NCBI GenBank assembly: GCA_963790475.1
Contig: CAWBOS010000012.1
Coordinates: forward strand, 448,001 to 512,000
DNA: 64,000 nucleotides
Direction: 5' to 3'
From: an uncultured delta proteobacterium
GTDB lineage: Bacteria; Desulfobacterota; RBG-13-43-22
Shown here: positions 60,345 through 64,000 of the stretch, piece after piece
Numbering within the stretch: position 1 is the first letter of the stretch
Layout: the number at the start of each line of letters is the position of its first letter
Translations under genes and position numbers: made by a program
Notes under the pieces: generated by a model
The model's input: only the letters and a program-made list of their open reading frames with translations
Told to the model about the DNA's origin: nothing
Databases searched by the model: none

Positions 60345-63300
60345 ATGACTTCCGACCTTACCTTCATCACCAATGAATAAAATCGGAATCTCCTGGAGCG
60401 GTTCAGAGTCCTGATCAAGGACACTCGCTTCTTTGATGTTCTGGTCGGGTATTTTTATTCCAGTGGATTTTACCAGCTTTATCCATCCCTGGAGCCTACT
60501 GAAAAAATAAGAATCCTGATAGGGATCAGTACCGACAGACAAACCTTCCAACTAATCCGGCAATCCCAGCAGAACCCCCAGCTTCCCTTCCAGTTTTCCC
60601 ATACGGAGGTTAAAGACCGCTTTTCTGATCAGGTTGCTTTCGAGATGGAGCATTCCAAAGATGAACTCTCGGTGGAGAAAGGCGTTTATGCCTTTATGGA
60701 TTGGCTCAGAAGAGGAAAACTGGAAATCAAGGCCTATCCTTCCGAAAATATCCATGCCAAGCTCTACATCATGACCTTTGCCGAAGGGGACCGGGATGTG
60801 GGAAGAGTCATAACCGGGTCCAGCAATTTCACCCAGGCCGGTTTGATCGAAAATCTCGAATTCAACGTAGAGCTGAAAACCAGGGCCGATTATGAGTTTG
60901 CCCTAGCAAAGTTCCATGAACTCTGGGAAAATGCTGTTGATATAAAAGAAAAGTACCTCGAAACCATCAAAACCAAGACCTGGCTGAATGACACCATCAC
61001 ACCCTATGAACTTTATTTGAAATTTTTATTGGAATATTTCAGAGACAAAATCAATATCGATCAGGAGGAGATTTTTAAAAGATATCTGCCTGAAAATTTT
61101 TTGAACCTTGCCTACCAAAGAGAAGCGGTGCTGGATGCCAAAAGCAAACTTGAAGAATATGGCGGCGTCTTCCTTTCGGATGTGGTGGGCCTTGGAAAAA
61201 CCTACATGGCGGCCATGCTGGCCCAGCAACTGGACGGCCGGAGCCTGGTGATCGCTCCTCCGGTACTTCTGGAAAAGGATTTTACCGGGTCCTGGCCTAA
61301 TGTCTTTTCCGATTTCAAGGTCCATGCTGACTTTGAATCCCTAGGTAAGCTCGACAAATTGATTGAACGGGGAACAGATAAATACCGGAACATTTTTATT
61401 GATGAAGCCCACCGTTTCCGGTCGGAGACCAACATCACCTATGAACAACTGGCCCAGATATGTCGAGGCAAACGGGTTATCCTGGTTACCGCCACACCCT
61501 TAAATAACACCCCTGGGGATATCCTGTCTCAGATCAAGCTGTTTCAGAAGGCCCGAAAGAGCACCATCCCTAATATTTCCAACCTGGAGATATTTTTCCA
61601 AATCCTGGAGAAACGGCTTAAGAAATTAGACCGCAAGAAGGATTATGAAGAATACCTAAAGGTCGTCAAAGAAAATGCCCGGGAGGTCAGGGAAAAGGTC
61701 TTGAAATATCTGATGGTGCGTCGAACTCGTTCAGAGATATCCGCTTATTTTGCCGAGGATCTGCAAGGGCAAGGTCTGAAGTTTCCGGAAGTGGCCGACC
61801 CTAATCCCATTTTTTATGAACTTAATGACCATGAAGATCAAATCTTCCATAAACCATAGAATGGGTCACTAAAAAGTTTAAATATGCCCGTTATACCCCC
61901 ATGCTCTATTTCAAAGGAGAGATTACCCATCCCGAAGAGCTGGCCCAGAAAAATATGGGCAAATTCATGAAAATCCTTCTGGTAAAACGTCTGGAAAGCA
62001 GTTTCCATGCCTTTAAAAATACGCTTCAGCGGTTTATCCGTTCCTATGAACACTTTTTAACCGAGCTTGAAAAGGGCCGTGTTTATGTGAGTAAAAAATA
62101 TATCCATAAGATTTTTGAACTATTGGATAATGATAACGACGAGGCCATTCAGAGGCTGATCGAAGAAGACAAGGCCGTTGAATATAAGGCCGGGGATTTC
62201 AAAAAGGAATTCAAAAAGGATTTGGAACATGATTTGAGATTGCTCAAAGAACTCTCCCGACTTTGGGAGACTATGATCCGGGATCCCAAGATCTTAAAAT
62301 TTATCGATCACCTTAACTCGGAACAGATCCTCAAAGAGAGCAAAATCATCATTTTTACCGAATCTAAAGAAACGGCGGAATATCTGGAGGAAGAGCTGAA
62401 GAATAAATTCGGGGATCACCTTCTGGCTGTCACCGGCAGTTCAAACACCGTGACCCGTCAAAAGGTCATTGAAAACTTTGACCCCGGAGCACGCTTCCCC
62501 AAAGATAATTATCGAATTCTGGTTTCTACCGAGGTCTTTTCTGAAGGGGTCAATCTTCATCGGGCAAATGTGGTTATCAATTATGACCTCCCCTGGAATC
62601 CGACCAGGCTGATGCAACGGGTCGGGCGCATCAACCGGGTGGATACCAAATTTGATATGATTCATACCTTCAACTTTTTTCCCACTCAGCAATCCAATGA
62701 CCAGATCAAACTTAAGGAAGCGGCCGAATACAAAATCCAGGCCTTTATCGAGATGCTCGGGGCCGATGCCCGGCTGTTAACCGAAGGGGAAGAAATTAAA
62801 TCTCATGACCTGTTTTCACGCCTCCTTTCCAAAAAGACCATCACCGGAGAAGATGAAACCGAAGATAGCGAATTAAGATATCTCCAAGTCATCCGCCATA
62901 TACGGGATAACGATCCGGATACCTTCGAAAAGATCAAAAGACTGCCCAAGAAGGCCCGGACGGCCAGGACAGCTTCCCACTCTTTTTATCCCACCCTTCT
63001 GACTTATTTCCATAAAGGGAAACTTCAAAAGTTCTTTTTAGCTGATGATCCAACGTCCGGGGAACTGGATTTCTTAACGGCGGCCAAATGGTTCGAAGTG
63101 GGAAAAGAGACTCCCATGTCCTCAATGGGGAAAGATTTCTATCCGCTCCTGGATAAAAATAAAAAGGCCTTTGAACAGGCTACCTCCGAAGAAGGGCAGG
63201 AATTTGCAGGAAAAGGAGGCCGGGACAGTGCCGCCCAGATTCTACGGATTCTTAAAGTGAATGAAATCCGGAAAGGCAAGGGATTTACCGAAGAGGATGA

Positions 63301-63574
63301 GGACTATATCCAAAAATTAATCCGACTCCTGGAAGAAGGGGGCCTGCCCAAGCAAACGGCCAAAATCGTATTAAAATCCTTAGACCAAGAGCTCAAACAG
63401 GAGATTAATCCTTTGAGGATAATCGCTTTATTGCGGACCAATATTGCCCCGGAATTTTTCAGGGAAACTATGGCCGAAACTGCGGCCCAGACCGCAGGAC
63501 CAAGAGAGGTCATCTTATCTGAATTTTTTATTCCCCCGAGTGACAACCTTTCCGAAATGGAGACTAATGGATAA
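60345..63574 (+). pseudogene. PLD-nuclease/SNF2-type helicase fusion; nonsense codon at 60378 and frameshift at ~61851
   Basis: MTSDLTFITNE*NRNLLERF; IHAKLY...TGSSNFT (PLD); SDVVGLGKT, DEAH, TATP; SEGVNL, NYDLPWNPTRLMQRVGRINR. Confidence 0.88.
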
Positions 63575-64000
63575 CCCCGCCGCCAGGAAACTTATCCGGG
63601 ATACCTTCCAAAATCCCTTCGACCGGGGCCGCTATTCTTATTTCATTAAAAACATCTTCAACCGACTCGATACTTCCAAAAATTTTATCAATCGCGGCAA
63701 TTATATCCCCGATGCCTTCAAGCCTTATGTCCACACTTTGGAACGGATTGGAAAATATGAAGATCCGGAAGGTAAAAAGATAGATATCCTGATCGTCCAC
63801 CTGAAAAAGCAGACTTCTCTGGAACAGGCCCGTACCCGGCAGAGAAACTTTATCGCCTGGTATCTGAACGGCAGCCGAGGAGGGGTCCTTAAAGATGCCG
63901 CCTTAGTGGCTTTTTATACCGATAATCCCGATGACTGGCGTTTTTCCTTAATCAAGATGGATTACCGGCTTACGGAAATAAAATCAGGGAAAGTCCGTGC
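63567..64000 (+). CDS. 5' part of a probable type IIG (Eco57I-like) restriction-modification enzyme (runs off window)
   Basis: Open frame MDNPAARKLIRDTFQNPFD...SLEQARTRQRNFIAWYL...DAALVAF..DWRFSLIKMDY overlapping the helicase stop; methyltransferase motifs are not in the window. Confidence 0.6.
   Translation, partial: MDNPAARKLIRDTFQNPFDRGRYSYFIKNIFNRLDTSKNFINRGNYIPDAFKPYVHTLERIGKYEDPEGKKIDILIVHLKKQTSLEQARTRQRNFIAWYLNGSRGGVLKDAALVAFYTDNPDDWRFSLIKMDYRLTEIKSGKVR

Overview
Bacterial chromosomal window of moderate GC content. Gene content and order point to an anaerobic Desulfobacterota (deltaproteobacterium); this is inferred, not searched. Most of it is housekeeping: proB(end)-proA-nadD-rsfS-gpmI, rpsF-rpsR-rplI-dnaB-hflX, ligA-acyP-thrS-infC-rpmI-rplT-pheS-pheT-merR-uvrC, rsmA and mreBCD-mrdA-rodA. 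AT-richer accessory patches lie at about 18.2-21.3 kb, 36.6-42.2 kb and 60.3-64 kb. They carry three toxin-antitoxin modules, two near-identical 1004-bp IS1595-family elements with 10-bp target duplications, gene debris (SIR2-like, amidinotransferase, methyltransferase) and a disrupted PLD-SNF2 helicase next to a probable type IIG restriction-modification gene. Main highlights: (1) a GrdB/PrdB-like selenoprotein split by the ORF caller, with in-frame TGA, a UxxC motif and a SECIS-like hairpin; (2) a ThrRS with a strongly non-canonical catalytic core that may be an intragenic chimera; (3) a stand-alone HisKA mini-protein in front of a sigma-54 response regulator; (4) probable non-AUG starts for hflX (ATT) and infC (ATA); (5) many intergenic inverted blocks of 7/8/9-mer tandem repeats plus nested REP/MITE elements. 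Several single-base frameshifts in short homopolymers suggest assembly errors. No rRNA, tRNA or CRISPR array was seen. All family assignments come from motif recognition by eye.
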